A DNA stretch of 64,000 bases from an uncultured Pseudomonadota bacterium (GTDB lineage: Bacteria; Myxococcota_A; Polyangia; Fen-1088): NCBI GenBank assembly GCA_963847705.1, contig CAWKBC010000014.1:32001-96000 (forward strand), read 5' to 3'. Below the pieces are notes generated by a model, which worked only from the letters and a program-made list of their open reading frames with translations, was not told the origin of the DNA and did no database searches. Of this stretch, positions 31,068 to 41,333 are shown piece after piece. A program made the position numbers and the translations under genes. Within the stretch, counting starts at the first letter, position 1, and each line of letters opens with the position of its first letter.

Positions 31068-31916
31068 TCACGGCCGATTTGTCGCGACAAACCACGTCTT
31101 GCTTGGGCTGTCTGGGTTCACGGGGCTCCAGGGTGCTGCGATCTCCGGAACGAACCCGGCGGCGCGCAGCGCTCCCTCGACCTCGGGTTCGGAGAAACAG
31201 CGCTCCTGGAGCAGAAACCGCCGTTCACGCCCGCCGCTGCCGAGAGCGATCGCCGCGCGCGCGGTCCGAGACCGGGCGTCATAGTCGAGCGCGGTGTCGA
31301 GGTGGCGTCCTTCGAGGTCGAACGCGACCCGATACTGCCACCAGGTCTCGAACCCGAAGGCGTTGTTCAGATCGAAGACGAGCAGGCCGCCCGGACGCAG
31401 CACGGAGGCCACGGACCGAAAGGTTGCCGCCAGCGCGTCGTGATCGGGGAGGTGGTTGAGCGTGTCGTAGAACGCGCCGACCACGTCGAAGCGCTCGGCG
31501 AAGGGGAGCGGGGCCGGCAGCCGGGCGCGCGCCCAGAGCACGCTCTCGTGCCCGGGCTTGCGGCCGGCGACCGCCAGCATGCCGGGGCTGACGTCGACCC
31601 CGCAGAGGCGCCAGCCGGGGTGAAGCGCGCGCAGCGCGAGCAGCAGCGTCCCCGTGCCGCAGCCGAGGTCGAGGAACGAGACGGCGTCCGAGACGAGCGC
31701 CGCCTCGGCAGCCGGCAGCGACGCCGGGGCCGGCGTCTCTCCCCCGGCGCGCAGCTGCGTCCGGCGGGTGGCGAGCAGCTCCTCCAGCCGGTCGGCGACC
31801 AGCAGCGCGAACGGCCGCGCCCCCCCCATCGCGTCGTAGATCGGGGCCAGCGCGTCGTAGACCTCCGCGACCGTCTCGCGCGCGGTCTCAGTCGTCGTGT
31901 CGTCCGACCGAGCCAC
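31068..31916 (-). CDS. Class I SAM-dependent methyltransferase
   Basis: [34 protein letters not shown]. Confidence 0.9.
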   Translation of the reverse strand: MARSDDTTTETARETVAEVYDALAPIYDAMGGARPFALLVADRLEELLATRRTQLRAGGETPAPASLPAAEAALVSDAVSFLDLGCGTGTLLLALRALHPGWRLCGVDVSPGMLAVAGRKPGHESVLWARARLPAPLPFAERFDVVGAFYDTLNHLPDHDALAATFRSVASVLRPGGLLVFDLNNAFGFETWWQYRVAFDLEGRHLDTALDYDARSRTARAAIALGSGGRERRFLLQERCFSEPEVEGALRAAGFVPEIAAPWSPVNPDSPSKTWFVATNRP

Positions 31917-32298
31917 GTCCCGCCTTCTTGTCGGAGTGCGCCCGTTTGTCGTCCAGCATCCGCGCCTTCGCGCGCCGCGACCGGCGCCGCTTCTGGCGGC
32001 GGACCTTCTCGGCCTCCTGCTGCCGCTTGCTGGCGGCGCCCAGCTTCCGCTCCTCGATCTTGTCTGCCAGCATCTGGCGGGCGATGAGCCGGTTGGCCCC
32101 CTGCGTCCGCTCGCGCTGGCACTTCACGGCGATGCCGGTCGGCCGGTGCACCAGCACCACGCAGGTGGCGACCTTGTTGACGTTCTGGCCCCCCTTGCCG
32201 CCGGAGTGGACGAAGCTCTCCTCCAGATCCTCGGCGCGCACGCCGAGCCGCGCCAGTCGCTCCTCCAGCGCGCGGGCCCTGTCACCGGAAAGCGGCAT
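31888..32298 (-). CDS. Short peptide chain release factor-like peptidyl-tRNA hydrolase (GGQ; ribosome-rescue type)
   Basis: EESFVHSGGKGGQNVNKV, HRPTGIAVKCQRERTQ, basic C-terminal tail. Confidence 0.9.
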   Translation of the reverse strand: MPLSGDRARALEERLARLGVRAEDLEESFVHSGGKGGQNVNKVATCVVLVHRPTGIAVKCQRERTQGANRLIARQMLADKIEERKLGAASKRQQEAEKVRRQKRRRSRRAKARMLDDKRAHSDKKAGRGSVGRHDD

Positions 32299-32485
32299 GG
32301 TCGCGCCAGAGTCTATCTCGCGCGTTCAAAAATTGTCGGGCACCCGACAATCTTCCACGAGGCTCTCCGACTTCAGGTCACCGTTTGCGGAAGCGCCATC
32401 AGACCGTTTTGAGGTCGGCACTTTGCGGCGCAGCCGTGCGTGTTACCGATGGCCGTCGCTGAAAACTTCTTCGCGGAGGCTGCTC

Positions 32486-34573
32486 ATGGCTACGGATCGC
32501 AGGTCGTTCCTCCAACTCCTCGGCGCCGGTGCCTTCGCCGGCTCGTTCACCGCCAGCATCAAGCGCGCGTTGGCCATCCCGGCTCACAATCGCACGGGGA
32601 CCATCGCCGACGTCGAGCACATCGTGTTCCTGATGCAGGAAAATCGCTCCTTCGATCATTACTTCGGCACCCTGCGGGGCGTGCGCGGCTTCGGTGATCC
32701 CCGCGCGGTCAGGCTCCCTTCGGGCGATCCGGTCTGGAACCAGCCGAACGGCGCCACGCCCGTGCTCCCGTTCCATCCGACGGCGCCCGACCTGGGGCTG
32801 CAGTTCCTCGAGGATCTGCCGCACGACTGGAAGACCACGCACCTCGCCTGGAACGGCGGCAAGTACGACGGCTGGGTTCCCAACAAGGGGACCAGCACGA
32901 TGGCCTACCTGACCCGAGAAGACATCCCCTTTCACTATGCGCTGGCCGACGCCTTCACCGTCTGCGACGCCTACCACTGCTCCTTGCTCGGCCCGACCGA
33001 TCCCAACCGCTACCACATGTGGACCGGCTGGGTCGGCAACGACGGCAAGGGCGGCGGGCCGGTGCTCGACAACGCCGAGGCTGGCTACGACTGGTCGACC
33101 TACCCCGAGATCCTGCAGTCCGCGGGCATCTCCTGGAAGGTCTATCAGGACGTCGGCGAAGGGCTCGACGCCGCTCATTTCTGGGGCTGGACCGACGACA
33201 ACGCCTTCATCGGCAACTACGGCGACAACTCGCTGCTGTATTTTCACCAGTACCAGAGCTCGAAGCCGGGCAGCCCGCTCTATGAAGGGGCGCTCCGCGG
33301 GACCAACATCTCGCAGAGCGGCGGCCTGTTCGATCAGCTGCAGGCGGACGTGAGCGCCAACAAGCTGCCGCAGGTCTCCTGGATCGTCGCCCCCGAGGCC
33401 TACTCGGAGCACGGGAACTGGCCGTCCAACTTCGGCGCCTGGTACGTCTCGCAGGTGCTCGACACGTTGACCTCGAACCCCGCCCTCTTCAGCAAGACGG
33501 CGCTGTTCCTGATGTTCGACGAGAACGACGGCCTGTTCGACCACATGGTGCCGCCCACCCCGCCGCAGTCGCCCGCGGAGGGGCAGTCGACCGTCGACAC
33601 CACGAACGAGGTGTTCGCCGGCAACGCCGACTTCGCCGCCGGACCGATCGGCCTCGGGGTGCGGGTGCCGATGGTCGTCATCTCTCCCTGGAGCAAGGGC
33701 GGGTGGGTCAGCTCGGAGCTGTTCGATCACACCTCTCTGATTCAGTTCATCGAGCAACGGTTCGGCAACGGAGGGAACGCCCATCTCCGGGAGAACAACA
33801 TCACCAAGTGGCGGCGGGCCGTGACCGGCGATCTGACCTCGGCCTTCAACTTCAAGACGCCGAACGACGACCCCTTTCCGCTCCCCAGCACCGCCGCCTA
33901 CCTGCCGCCGGACCACAATCGGCACCCCGACTACAAGCCGGCCGTGCCGACCCAGCAGTCGGTCCCGCCGCAGGAGCCGGGCCTCCGGCCGGCCCGCCCG
34001 GTCCCGTACGAGCTGCAGGCGGTCGGCGAGGCTGATTTCGACTCGGGGAAAGTGAAGATTCACTTCGCCAACACCGGAAAGGCGGCCGCTGTGTTTCAGG
34101 TGCGTCCCGGGAACGACGGTGATGGCCCCTGGACCTACACCGTGGGTGCCGGCGACGACCTCAAGGAGAAGTGGAACTTCCGCGCCAGCAACGAGACGAG
34201 CTACGACCTCACGGTCTATGGGCCGAACGGCTTCATGCGCGCGTTCAAGGGCGCCCTCGCCGGTCCCGGCAAGGCCAGCGTCGTGGTGAAGACGGTCTAC
34301 GAGCCGGAGCACGACGCCGTGACACTGGAGATTCAGAACGTGGGCGGCCGTCTGGACAACCTCCGCATCGCGAACGCCTACACCGGCGCGCACACGGTGG
34401 ACGCCCTGGCGCCGGGCGACACGCTCAGCCGCCGTTTCGTGCTGGACCGATCCTTCGGCTGGTACGATCTGACGCTCACCGTCGACGCGGATCGCGGCTT
34501 TCAGCAGCGGTTCGCCGGCCATCTCGAGACCGGCAAGGAGAGCGTGAGCGACCCGGCCCTCGGCGGCGTCTGA
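32486..34573 (+). CDS. Phosphocholine-specific phospholipase C (PlcH/PlcN family), Tat-exported
   Basis: Tat signal TDRRSFL; MQENRSFDHYFG, GPTDPNR, LPQVSWIVAPE, FDENDG, GLGVRVP; C-terminal GPNGF and GWYD repeats. Confidence 0.93.
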   Translation: MATDRRSFLQLLGAGAFAGSFTASIKRALAIPAHNRTGTIADVEHIVFLMQENRSFDHYFGTLRGVRGFGDPRAVRLPSGDPVWNQPNGATPVLPFHPTAPDLGLQFLEDLPHDWKTTHLAWNGGKYDGWVPNKGTSTMAYLTREDIPFHYALADAFTVCDAYHCSLLGPTDPNRYHMWTGWVGNDGKGGGPVLDNAEAGYDWSTYPEILQSAGISWKVYQDVGEGLDAAHFWGWTDDNAFIGNYGDNSLLYFHQYQSSKPGSPLYEGALRGTNISQSGGLFDQLQADVSANKLPQVSWIVAPEAYSEHGNWPSNFGAWYVSQVLDTLTSNPALFSKTALFLMFDENDGLFDHMVPPTPPQSPAEGQSTVDTTNEVFAGNADFAAGPIGLGVRVPMVVISPWSKGGWVSSELFDHTSLIQFIEQRFGNGGNAHLRENNITKWRRAVTGDLTSAFNFKTPNDDPFPLPSTAAYLPPDHNRHPDYKPAVPTQQSVPPQEPGLRPARPVPYELQAVGEADFDSGKVKIHFANTGKAAAVFQVRPGNDGDGPWTYTVGAGDDLKEKWNFRASNETSYDLTVYGPNGFMRAFKGALAGPGKASVVVKTVYEPEHDAVTLEIQNVGGRLDNLRIANAYTGAHTVDALAPGDTLSRRFVLDRSFGWYDLTLTVDADRGFQQRFAGHLETGKESVSDPALGGV

Positions 34574-34639
34574 GCGCCGGCGCCCAGAGGCGCGTGGCCG
34601 ACCCGAACGGCGCGGCTGGACAACCGGCGGCGGGAGAGC

Positions 34640-35980
34640 TCAAAGGCTGCTCCAGCCGCCGCCGATGCCGAACGGACGGCCGATGGCGAAGCCGGCGGCG
34701 ACGCGGGCGCGCTTGTCGACGACGCCCCACACGCCGACCGCTGGCCCGCGCTCGGTGAAGGCGTGCGGGTAGATGTTGAAGTGGATGAAGTAGTCGTCGA
34801 CGTTGGTGATCTGCAGCGAGGCGAGCAGGGAGTTGTGCCGGTCGAGGAAGATCGCGCCGGTCGGGACGAAATTCACGACGTTCTCCACGCTGTGGGTGGC
34901 AGTGTTGGTGAGGTGGATGACGGCGCCGCCCGCCGAGGCCGAGAGGGAATATTCGTCGTCCAGGGCGAAGGAGAGCCCCCCGGTGGTCGCCTCGCCGTAC
35001 CAGGCGAAGAGCGAGAGCCGCCGGTAAAAGGGGAGCGCCCACTTGGCCGCAAAGTAGTTCCCCACGTTGTGCAGCTCGCCGTTCGGCAGCGTGAACGACG
35101 GCTGCAGCGACCAATCGGCGATGACGACCGTGTGGCTGAAGAACCGGTTCGGCCAGTCGAAGCTGAAGAGGATGATGCCGCCGATGTCGAAGACCCAGAT
35201 GTCGGCGATGCAGTCGGTGTTGAACCCGACGAATCCCTTGTTCTCGAGTGACTCGTTGACGAACGCCGACGCCATCAGCGTCACCGCCGAGAAGACGCGC
35301 GGGGCGGGCACATCGTAGTCCTCGAACCATTCACGCAAGGAGGTGTAGGTCATGCCGCCGCCGATGAGGTGGAGGCTGTAATTGGGCGTCCAGCGGGCGG
35401 TGCTCTGGGTGAAGCTGAGCGGGAAGATCTCCTCGGTCAGAAAGGTCTTCCAGCCGTCGGCGGAGATGGCGGGGAACGGATTGGCGATGTTGCGGGCGAC
35501 GTTCCCCAGGTTGGTCCGGTAGTCGAAGGTGAAGATGTTGCGGCCGGCGACGTGATCCTGAAGGACGTCGTAGCCGCGGTTCACAAACACCCAGAGCGGG
35601 CTGTAGAGCGCCTGGCTGCCGTAGTCCAGACCGAAATAGAAGTAGCGCGGCTTGGCGGGCGGAACGAGCTGCGGGGCGGGCGGAACGAGCTGCGGGGCGG
35701 GCGGAACGAGCGGCGGGGCGGGCGGAACGAGCGGCGGGGCGGGCGGTGCCAGTGGCGGCACCAGCGGTGGCACCAGCGGGGCTGAAGGGTTCGACGTCGG
35801 CGGAGGCGGGTTCAACGCTGGCGGCGGACGGTCGCTTTCGGGCGAGCTCTGGGGAGCATCCTCAGCCAGCGCGGGACTGCCCGCTGCGAACATCGCGCTC
35901 AGCAATCCCCCAAGAACGCAGCCGCGGGCTCCCCGGCGGCGGCCAGCTCTCGGGTTCCTTCTGCATGGGACGGCGGGCAT
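34640..35980 (-). CDS. Hypothetical exported protein with Pro-rich linker, possibly outer membrane
   Basis: Signal-like segment, 21-bp repeats (LVPPAPP/Q), then a globular region (PNYSLHLIGGGM, NESLEN). The ORF-track start at 36247 is inflated by repeats. Confidence 0.65.
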   Translation of the reverse strand: MPAVPCRRNPRAGRRRGARGCVLGGLLSAMFAAGSPALAEDAPQSSPESDRPPPALNPPPPTSNPSAPLVPPLVPPLAPPAPPLVPPAPPLVPPAPQLVPPAPQLVPPAKPRYFYFGLDYGSQALYSPLWVFVNRGYDVLQDHVAGRNIFTFDYRTNLGNVARNIANPFPAISADGWKTFLTEEIFPLSFTQSTARWTPNYSLHLIGGGMTYTSLREWFEDYDVPAPRVFSAVTLMASAFVNESLENKGFVGFNTDCIADIWVFDIGGIILFSFDWPNRFFSHTVVIADWSLQPSFTLPNGELHNVGNYFAAKWALPFYRRLSLFAWYGEATTGGLSFALDDEYSLSASAGGAVIHLTNTATHSVENVVNFVPTGAIFLDRHNSLLASLQITNVDDYFIHFNIYPHAFTERGPAVGVWGVVDKRARVAAGFAIGRPFGIGGGWSSL

Positions 35981-36032
35981 CGCGCGGAACGAGAGTACAG
36001 CGCCCCGCCCACCCTGCGCTGCAACCGAACTG

Positions 36033-36278
36033 CGCCAGATCGCGTGAGCGGAAGACGGCTTGGCCGGCTCGAGCTCTTCGCGGGGGGCACGGGACCCTTT
36101 CAGGGTCCCGCCAGATCTCGCGTGAGCGGAAGACGGCTTGGCCGGCTCGCGCTCTTCGCGGGGGGCACGGGACCCTTTCAGGGTCCCGCCAGAATCCCGC
36201 GTGAGCGGAAGACGGCTTGGCCGGCTCGCGCTCTTCGCGGGGGGCACGGGACCCTTTCAGGCCTTTCAGGGTCCCGCC
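36033..36278. repeat. Three tandem 78-79-bp REP-like elements (copies 3-5)
   Basis: GCGTGAGCGGAAGACGGCTTGGCCGGCTCG.GCTCTTCGCGGGGGGCACGGGACCCTTTCAGGGTCCC at 36042, 36120 and 36199; no unique spacers. Confidence 0.9.
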
Positions 36279-38387
36279 TTAATAAAACGCGACGTTCTCC
36301 ACGGTGAAGTTGGCGGCGCAGGAGCCGCCGTCGGCGCCGGTCGGCGCGCTCAGCTGCCACTCCACATCGACGAGGGTCGCCGGATCGAGCTTGGCGATGG
36401 GAGAGCCGGCCGTCAGCGCCGAGAAGGGGACCTTGATTGTCGTGGCCGTCCCCGGAACCACCGGCGCGAGAGGGCCATAGCAGGTGGAGTCGGTCCCGGG
36501 GCAGGAGCCCTGCTCCGGAGCGTCGGCAGGACTGGTGTCGCCGCTGAACGACGCACCGAAGGCGAGCGCGCAGCCGCCCAGATCGCCGGCGAAGTCGAAC
36601 TGGACGCCGGTGTACATCGTCGCGTCGATGCAGCTGCTGCCGCCAAAGAACAGCCCCGCCCCCGCCCAGTTTCCTGAGATCGGCGGGTGAAAGCCGCCAG
36701 TAATTTGAAGCCCTGCGCCGTCGGGCGTCAATGCCACGGTGGGCGCCGTCTGCCCTGGCGCCGCGTAGCTGTACGACTGCCAGGCCGTTGCGCCCGAACC
36801 GAAGGTCACCACCCCCGCCGCCCCGGAAGCGCCCATGGTCGTGATCGCGGGGCTCGACAGGACCAGTTGCGGACAGACGACCGCTCCGTCGACGGCGCAC
36901 GAGGTTCCCGGCGTCTTCCCGGCCGCGCCGCCGCTCCCTTGGCCTCCACCGTCGCTGAAAGTGGGTTGAGCCGTCTTGCCAGGCGAGAGGCCTTGTGGGC
37001 CGCTGCCAGTCTCCCGCTGCGCCTCGCTGTAGACCCAGGCGGCGGCGGACCCGTGATTGGGGATCTCGACGGCCCCGATCGAGACCGGCGGCAAGACGAA
37101 GGTGACCGGCGACGGCGCGGTCGTCAGTCCGGTGACCGAGAACGCGAGCGGCGCGGCGGATTGGTTCCAGTTCACCAGGATGATCTCCGTCGTGTCGTCG
37201 GCCTGATTGCGGCTGGCGTAGGCCTTCACGCCGGCGGGCGCGGAGGTGACGTCCACCAGGGTCGGGCCGAAGTGCTCGGCGAAGAGCGCATAGGCGTAGT
37301 ACTCGGGCCGCGGCGTGTGCGCGGGGGCCGGTCCGATCAGCCCCAGCGCGTAGCCGTCGTCGTCGCTGATGTCCCAGACCGCCGAGGTCCAGAGCCCCAG
37401 CTCGTTGGCGGTCCCCAGGCCGTCGGCCAGCCAGAGCGCCGAGCCCACCGTCCCCGGCGACGCGTCGAGCACGCAAAACGTCCCGTCGTAGACGATGTTC
37501 ATCTCGGTGAGCGCCAGCGGCTTGGCCCCCTGGCCGGTCGCCTGAAGGATCCCTCGGACCGAGGTCATCACATTGCGGAAGTTGGCGGCGTCGGCGGCGG
37601 CCGCTCCCAGCGACGCCGACGCCGCCTCGAACGGATAGCGATGGATCGAGACGACGTCGAAGAGATCGCCGCAGCCGGTGAGGATGGGGGTCAACCAGTC
37701 GTTGGCGCCGCCGCCCGCCTGGTACTTCCAGGAGAGGTCCGGCCCCACGATCTTGATGGTGGGGTCGACCGCCTTCATCGCGGTGACGTAGGCCCGGGCG
37801 GTCGTGCAGTAGTCGGCCGCCGTGTAGCCCGGGATCGCCGGCTGCGTCGGATCGGCCACCAGCCCTTGCGACGCGTAGAGGTCGGGCTCGTTGCCGATCG
37901 AGAAGTATTTGAGCCCGTAGCCTTTGGTGACGTTGCCGTAGGTGACCATCCCGGCGGCGGTGGCGGCCGTGGGTGGCTTGCCGCTGATGTCCGCCAGCAG
38001 CGGGACTTGAATGATCGGCTCGGCCCCGATGGCGCGCGCGTAGGTCACCGCGGTGTCGAACGCGGCGTCGTCGAACGGATCCTGGGTGTTGGCGTCGTTG
38101 TTGTAGCCGCCGACGCGCATCACCGTCGGCTTGAGCGCCGCCGTCAGCGTGTCGGTGCCGGTGACGTCGTCTCCAAAGGCGGGCATCCAGAGCCAGTAGT
38201 TGACCCCGGTGGCCGTCGTCCGCGGCGTGCGCGTCGCGGTCGAGACGACGAGCGGGCTCGCGGCGACGCCCGCGTCGGCACCACCGTCGCTGCTGGCGGG
38301 GTGGACGCCGCTGCCGCAGCCCCCAAAGAGCGTGGCGACGAACAGCATCGAGATCCCGCCACCCAGCACGCCGCTCGTTCTCTTCAT
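36279..38387 (-). CDS. Glycoside hydrolase (clan GH-A, GH44/GH79-like) lipoprotein with C-terminal CBM-like domain
   Basis: FGGC lipobox, MRVGG, SIGNEPD (acid/base), SIHRYP, LALTEMN (nucleophile); Cys-containing beta-rich C-terminal domain. Confidence 0.75.
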   Translation of the reverse strand: MKRTSGVLGGGISMLFVATLFGGCGSGVHPASSDGGADAGVAASPLVVSTATRTPRTTATGVNYWLWMPAFGDDVTGTDTLTAALKPTVMRVGGYNNDANTQDPFDDAAFDTAVTYARAIGAEPIIQVPLLADISGKPPTAATAAGMVTYGNVTKGYGLKYFSIGNEPDLYASQGLVADPTQPAIPGYTAADYCTTARAYVTAMKAVDPTIKIVGPDLSWKYQAGGGANDWLTPILTGCGDLFDVVSIHRYPFEAASASLGAAAADAANFRNVMTSVRGILQATGQGAKPLALTEMNIVYDGTFCVLDASPGTVGSALWLADGLGTANELGLWTSAVWDISDDDGYALGLIGPAPAHTPRPEYYAYALFAEHFGPTLVDVTSAPAGVKAYASRNQADDTTEIILVNWNQSAAPLAFSVTGLTTAPSPVTFVLPPVSIGAVEIPNHGSAAAWVYSEAQRETGSGPQGLSPGKTAQPTFSDGGGQGSGGAAGKTPGTSCAVDGAVVCPQLVLSSPAITTMGASGAAGVVTFGSGATAWQSYSYAAPGQTAPTVALTPDGAGLQITGGFHPPISGNWAGAGLFFGGSSCIDATMYTGVQFDFAGDLGGCALAFGASFSGDTSPADAPEQGSCPGTDSTCYGPLAPVVPGTATTIKVPFSALTAGSPIAKLDPATLVDVEWQLSAPTGADGGSCAANFTVENVAFY

Positions 38388-38586
38388 GCTCTCTCCGATC
38401 TGGTCGATGTCACGGCGCAAGGACTCAGCAAGGCCCGGGCCAGGCGGATCTTCGCGCGTTCGGGCCGATCGCCCTCACGTCCGACGCGCGCCGGACGTCC
38501 AAACAGGGCTCCGGACGTCCGGAGGTTGCGTCCGCAGGCAGGCTTGCCGATACTCCGTCGGCGCCTCGGGGGCGCAGGAGGCTTTG

Positions 38587-39201
38587 ATGCGAGGAGCGAG
38601 CTTGGTCTCGGCGTTGGTCTTGATGATGGGCGTCGGCATCGCCTGCTCGAACGAGAAGCCGCCGGAGCCACCGGCGGCGCCCGCCGCGCCTGCGCCGCCC
38701 CCGCCCCCCGCACCGCCGCCCGCGCCCAAGATGGTCGCCAACCCGGACGGCCTGTCGCTGGCCGACCGGATCGCCAAGCGCCAGGCCGCCGAGAAGAAGC
38801 TGGCCGCCGAGCTGGCGGGCGAGGAGCAGAAGCGCCTGCTCGCCTACGACAAGGGGAAGCTGCCGCTGCACAAGGAGGTGTTCGCGGCGATCAAGAAATA
38901 CCGCGCCGCCTACGACCACGCGAAGACCAAGGAGGACGTGGAGAAGGTCCGCGTCAAGCAGGAGAAGGCGCTGGAGGCGACCGGCAAGAAGATGGCGACG
39001 ATCGACCCCAAGGGGGGAAATTCGAACGTCGTCACCGATTACGACGTCATGCTGAACGCCATCGCCAACGACTACCCAGACGCGCTGGAGCTGTCGTTCG
39101 CGGGCGACAAGAAGCCCCTCGAGGAGCAGACGGCGGAGCTCGACAAGCGGTCCAAGAAGATCGAGGACTGGCTGGCCGAGCTCAAGTCGGCCAAGAAGTA
39201 G
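38587..39201 (+). CDS. Hypothetical helical lipoprotein
   Basis: CAGGAGG SD, GIAC lipobox, Pro/Ala linker, Lys/Glu-rich helices. Confidence 0.75.
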   Translation: MRGASLVSALVLMMGVGIACSNEKPPEPPAAPAAPAPPPPPAPPPAPKMVANPDGLSLADRIAKRQAAEKKLAAELAGEEQKRLLAYDKGKLPLHKEVFAAIKKYRAAYDHAKTKEDVEKVRVKQEKALEATGKKMATIDPKGGNSNVVTDYDVMLNAIANDYPDALELSFAGDKKPLEEQTAELDKRSKKIEDWLAELKSAKK

Positions 39202-39219
39202 CGACTGAAGAAGTAGCGC

Positions 39220-39297
39220 CCAGATCGCGTGGGCGGAGCGAGGCTCTGCCTCGCAGAGCCCGTCGCGGGAGGGTTTGGGACCCCTCCAGGGTTTCCA
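39220..39297. repeat. REP-like element, copy 6 (diverged)
   Basis: CCAGATCGCGTGGGCGGAGCGAGGCTCTGCCTCGC...CGCGGGAGGG...GGGACCCCTCCAGGGTTTCC between convergent stop codons. Confidence 0.6.
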
Positions 39298-39298
39298 T

Positions 39299-40330
39299 CT
39301 AGATTGTGACGGTCGCTTCGTCTTCGCTCGCGGCGGGCGCGGCGGCGGTCTTGTCTTGGTCCTTGGCCTCGGCCCTCTCGTCGAGGACCTTCTCCAGGAA
39401 CTCCTTGGCGGCTTCGGTCCAGACGTCGCCGTAGGTCTGCGTGTAGAGCAGCGCCTCCTCGAGCGAGCCCGGGCGCGCGCCGGCCACATTCTCCACGCGG
39501 CGTCGAACCCGGCCGAGCAGCGCCTTTCCGTAGTGGGCGTTGGCGTCGAGCGCCGCGCCGAGCGCCGCCCGGGCCTTGGCCTCGTCGCCAGCCGCGAACT
39601 GGGCCAGCGCCATCCCCAGCGCGGCGCGTCCCTTGCCTTCGTCCGTCTTGGTGGCCGGCTCCAGCAGCGCCACCGCGTCGGCCGGCCGCTCCAGCTTCAT
39701 GAGCGCCTTGGCGGCGATGAGGCGCGCCTCGATGCCGACGCTCCCCTCGTCGATCGAATGAACGCGCGCCAGATCCGTCACCGAATCCTCGTAGCGCTCC
39801 TCGTCGTAGGCGAGGCAGCCGAGCGCGTGCGCGGCCCGGATGAACGGCTGCGCCTCGGGCTTGCTGAAGGCGTCCTTGACGCCGTCGGCGCGCAGCTTCT
39901 CCGCCTGCGCTTCGCCACCTTTGAGCACGACGCCCAGCTCCTCTTTGGCCCCCTCGGCGTTTCCAGCCGCCAGGCGCGCCATCCCGATGCCGACGTGCGC
40001 GTCGGCCAGGTTGGCGTCGATCGCCAGCGCTGCGCGGAACTCCTTCTCGGCAGCACCCGGGCGGCGCTGCTCGAACAGGCGCCAGCCTTCGGCCACATGC
40101 TCGGGCGCGTCCGGGGCGACGACCGGCGGCACCGTGGCCTGCTCGTCGGCGGCCAGGTGACACTTCTTGTACTTCTTCCCCGAGCCGCAGGGGCAGGCGT
40201 CGTTGCGCCCGGTGGCGGCGAGGCGCGCGCGCGCCTGCTCCGGATCGGCCGTCGTCTGAGCCTGATCGGCCTTGGCGTCGGCCTTGGTGGATTCGTCCTT
40301 CTTGCTGGCGGCGGGGGCGGTCTTGGTCAT
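39299..40330 (-). CDS. SEC-C motif + TPR protein
   Basis: GRNDACPCGSGKKYKKCH followed by TPR helices. The start could be 40402. Confidence 0.85.
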   Translation of the reverse strand: MTKTAPAASKKDESTKADAKADQAQTTADPEQARARLAATGRNDACPCGSGKKYKKCHLAADEQATVPPVVAPDAPEHVAEGWRLFEQRRPGAAEKEFRAALAIDANLADAHVGIGMARLAAGNAEGAKEELGVVLKGGEAQAEKLRADGVKDAFSKPEAQPFIRAAHALGCLAYDEERYEDSVTDLARVHSIDEGSVGIEARLIAAKALMKLERPADAVALLEPATKTDEGKGRAALGMALAQFAAGDEAKARAALGAALDANAHYGKALLGRVRRRVENVAGARPGSLEEALLYTQTYGDVWTEAAKEFLEKVLDERAEAKDQDKTAAAPAASEDEATVTI

Positions 40331-40429
40331 TTGTCGGTCTTCCGTTGTTGCTGAAGCTTCCGTTGTTTCTGGCGCTTCCGTTCTTGCTGGGGACGGGACC
40401 ATACCCTAAAAATACCGTTGGAGATCATC

Positions 40430-41248
40430 ATGCTGCCGCTCGAGGGACGAACGATCGCGCTCCCCGAGTCGCGCGAGCTGGACCGCCTGGCTGAGCTGGT
40501 CGAGCACGACGGCGGCAAGGCGCTGCGCTGCCCGCTGGTGTCGATCCATGACGCCCCCGATCAAGGGCCTTCGGAGGCCTGGCTGCGCGCGCTCTGCGCT
40601 GGCGAGCTCGACGACGTCGTCTTTCTCACCGGCGAGGGGCTGCGGCGTCTGCTGGCGACGGCCGAGCGCCTCGGCGTGCGCGAGGCGGTGGTGGCGGCGC
40701 TCGGGCGCGTGCGCAAGGTGACGCGCGGGCCGAAGCCGGCGCGCGCGCTGCACGAGATTGGTCTGGCCTCCGATCTGGCGGCGCCGGTGCCGACCTCGGC
40801 CGGCGTCATCGACGCGCTGGCGGCGCTCGATCTGCGCGGGCGCCGGGTCGGCCTCCAGCTCTACGGCGAGGAGCCCAACCGTCCCCTGGTCGAGGCGCTG
40901 GAGCGCGCGGGCGCGACCGTGCGCACCGTGGCGCCCTACGTCTATGCGTCCGCCGCCGACGCCGCGGCGGTCGTCGCGCTCATCGACGCGCTCGACGGCG
41001 GGAAGGTCGACGCGGTCGCCATCACCAGCGCCTCGCAGGTCGATCGCCTGTTCCAGGTCGCGGTCGACGCCGGCGCGGAGGCGCGGCTGCGGGCGGCGCT
41101 GGCGCGCGCCTGCGTGGCGGCCATCGGCCCGATCGTCGTCGAGACGCTGGAGAAGCGCGGCGTGCGCATCGACGTGGTCCCGGAGAAGGGCTTCGTCATG
41201 CGGCGGCTGGTGAACGCCCTCGCCGAGGCGCTCGGCCCCAAGGTGTAG
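40430..41248 (+). CDS. hemD: Uroporphyrinogen-III synthase
   Basis: VVFLTGEG, RGPKP, APYVY, AITSASQV, AAIGP. Confidence 0.85.
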   Translation: MLPLEGRTIALPESRELDRLAELVEHDGGKALRCPLVSIHDAPDQGPSEAWLRALCAGELDDVVFLTGEGLRRLLATAERLGVREAVVAALGRVRKVTRGPKPARALHEIGLASDLAAPVPTSAGVIDALAALDLRGRRVGLQLYGEEPNRPLVEALERAGATVRTVAPYVYASAADAAAVVALIDALDGGKVDAVAITSASQVDRLFQVAVDAGAEARLRAALARACVAAIGPIVVETLEKRGVRIDVVPEKGFVMRRLVNALAEALGPKV

Positions 41249-41333
41249 GCCGCCTCCGGGCGGCACGTCGTCGGGCATGGTTCGCCTGCGCTCACCATTG
41301 CCTTTACGACAACGACCTCCTGGCGCCGGGGAC

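Noticed and set aside
35654-35780. 21-bp and 12-bp tandem repeats
   Set aside because: In-frame Pro-rich linker of the CDS; ordinary.
35981-36247. N-terminal extension of ORF 34640..36247
   Set aside because: The frame merely stays open through the tandem repeats; the signal-like sequence begins after 35980.
36033-36278. Possible CRISPR array
   Set aside because: Units are 78-79 bp and nearly identical end to end, with no unique spacers and no cas genes; they belong to the dispersed REP-like family.
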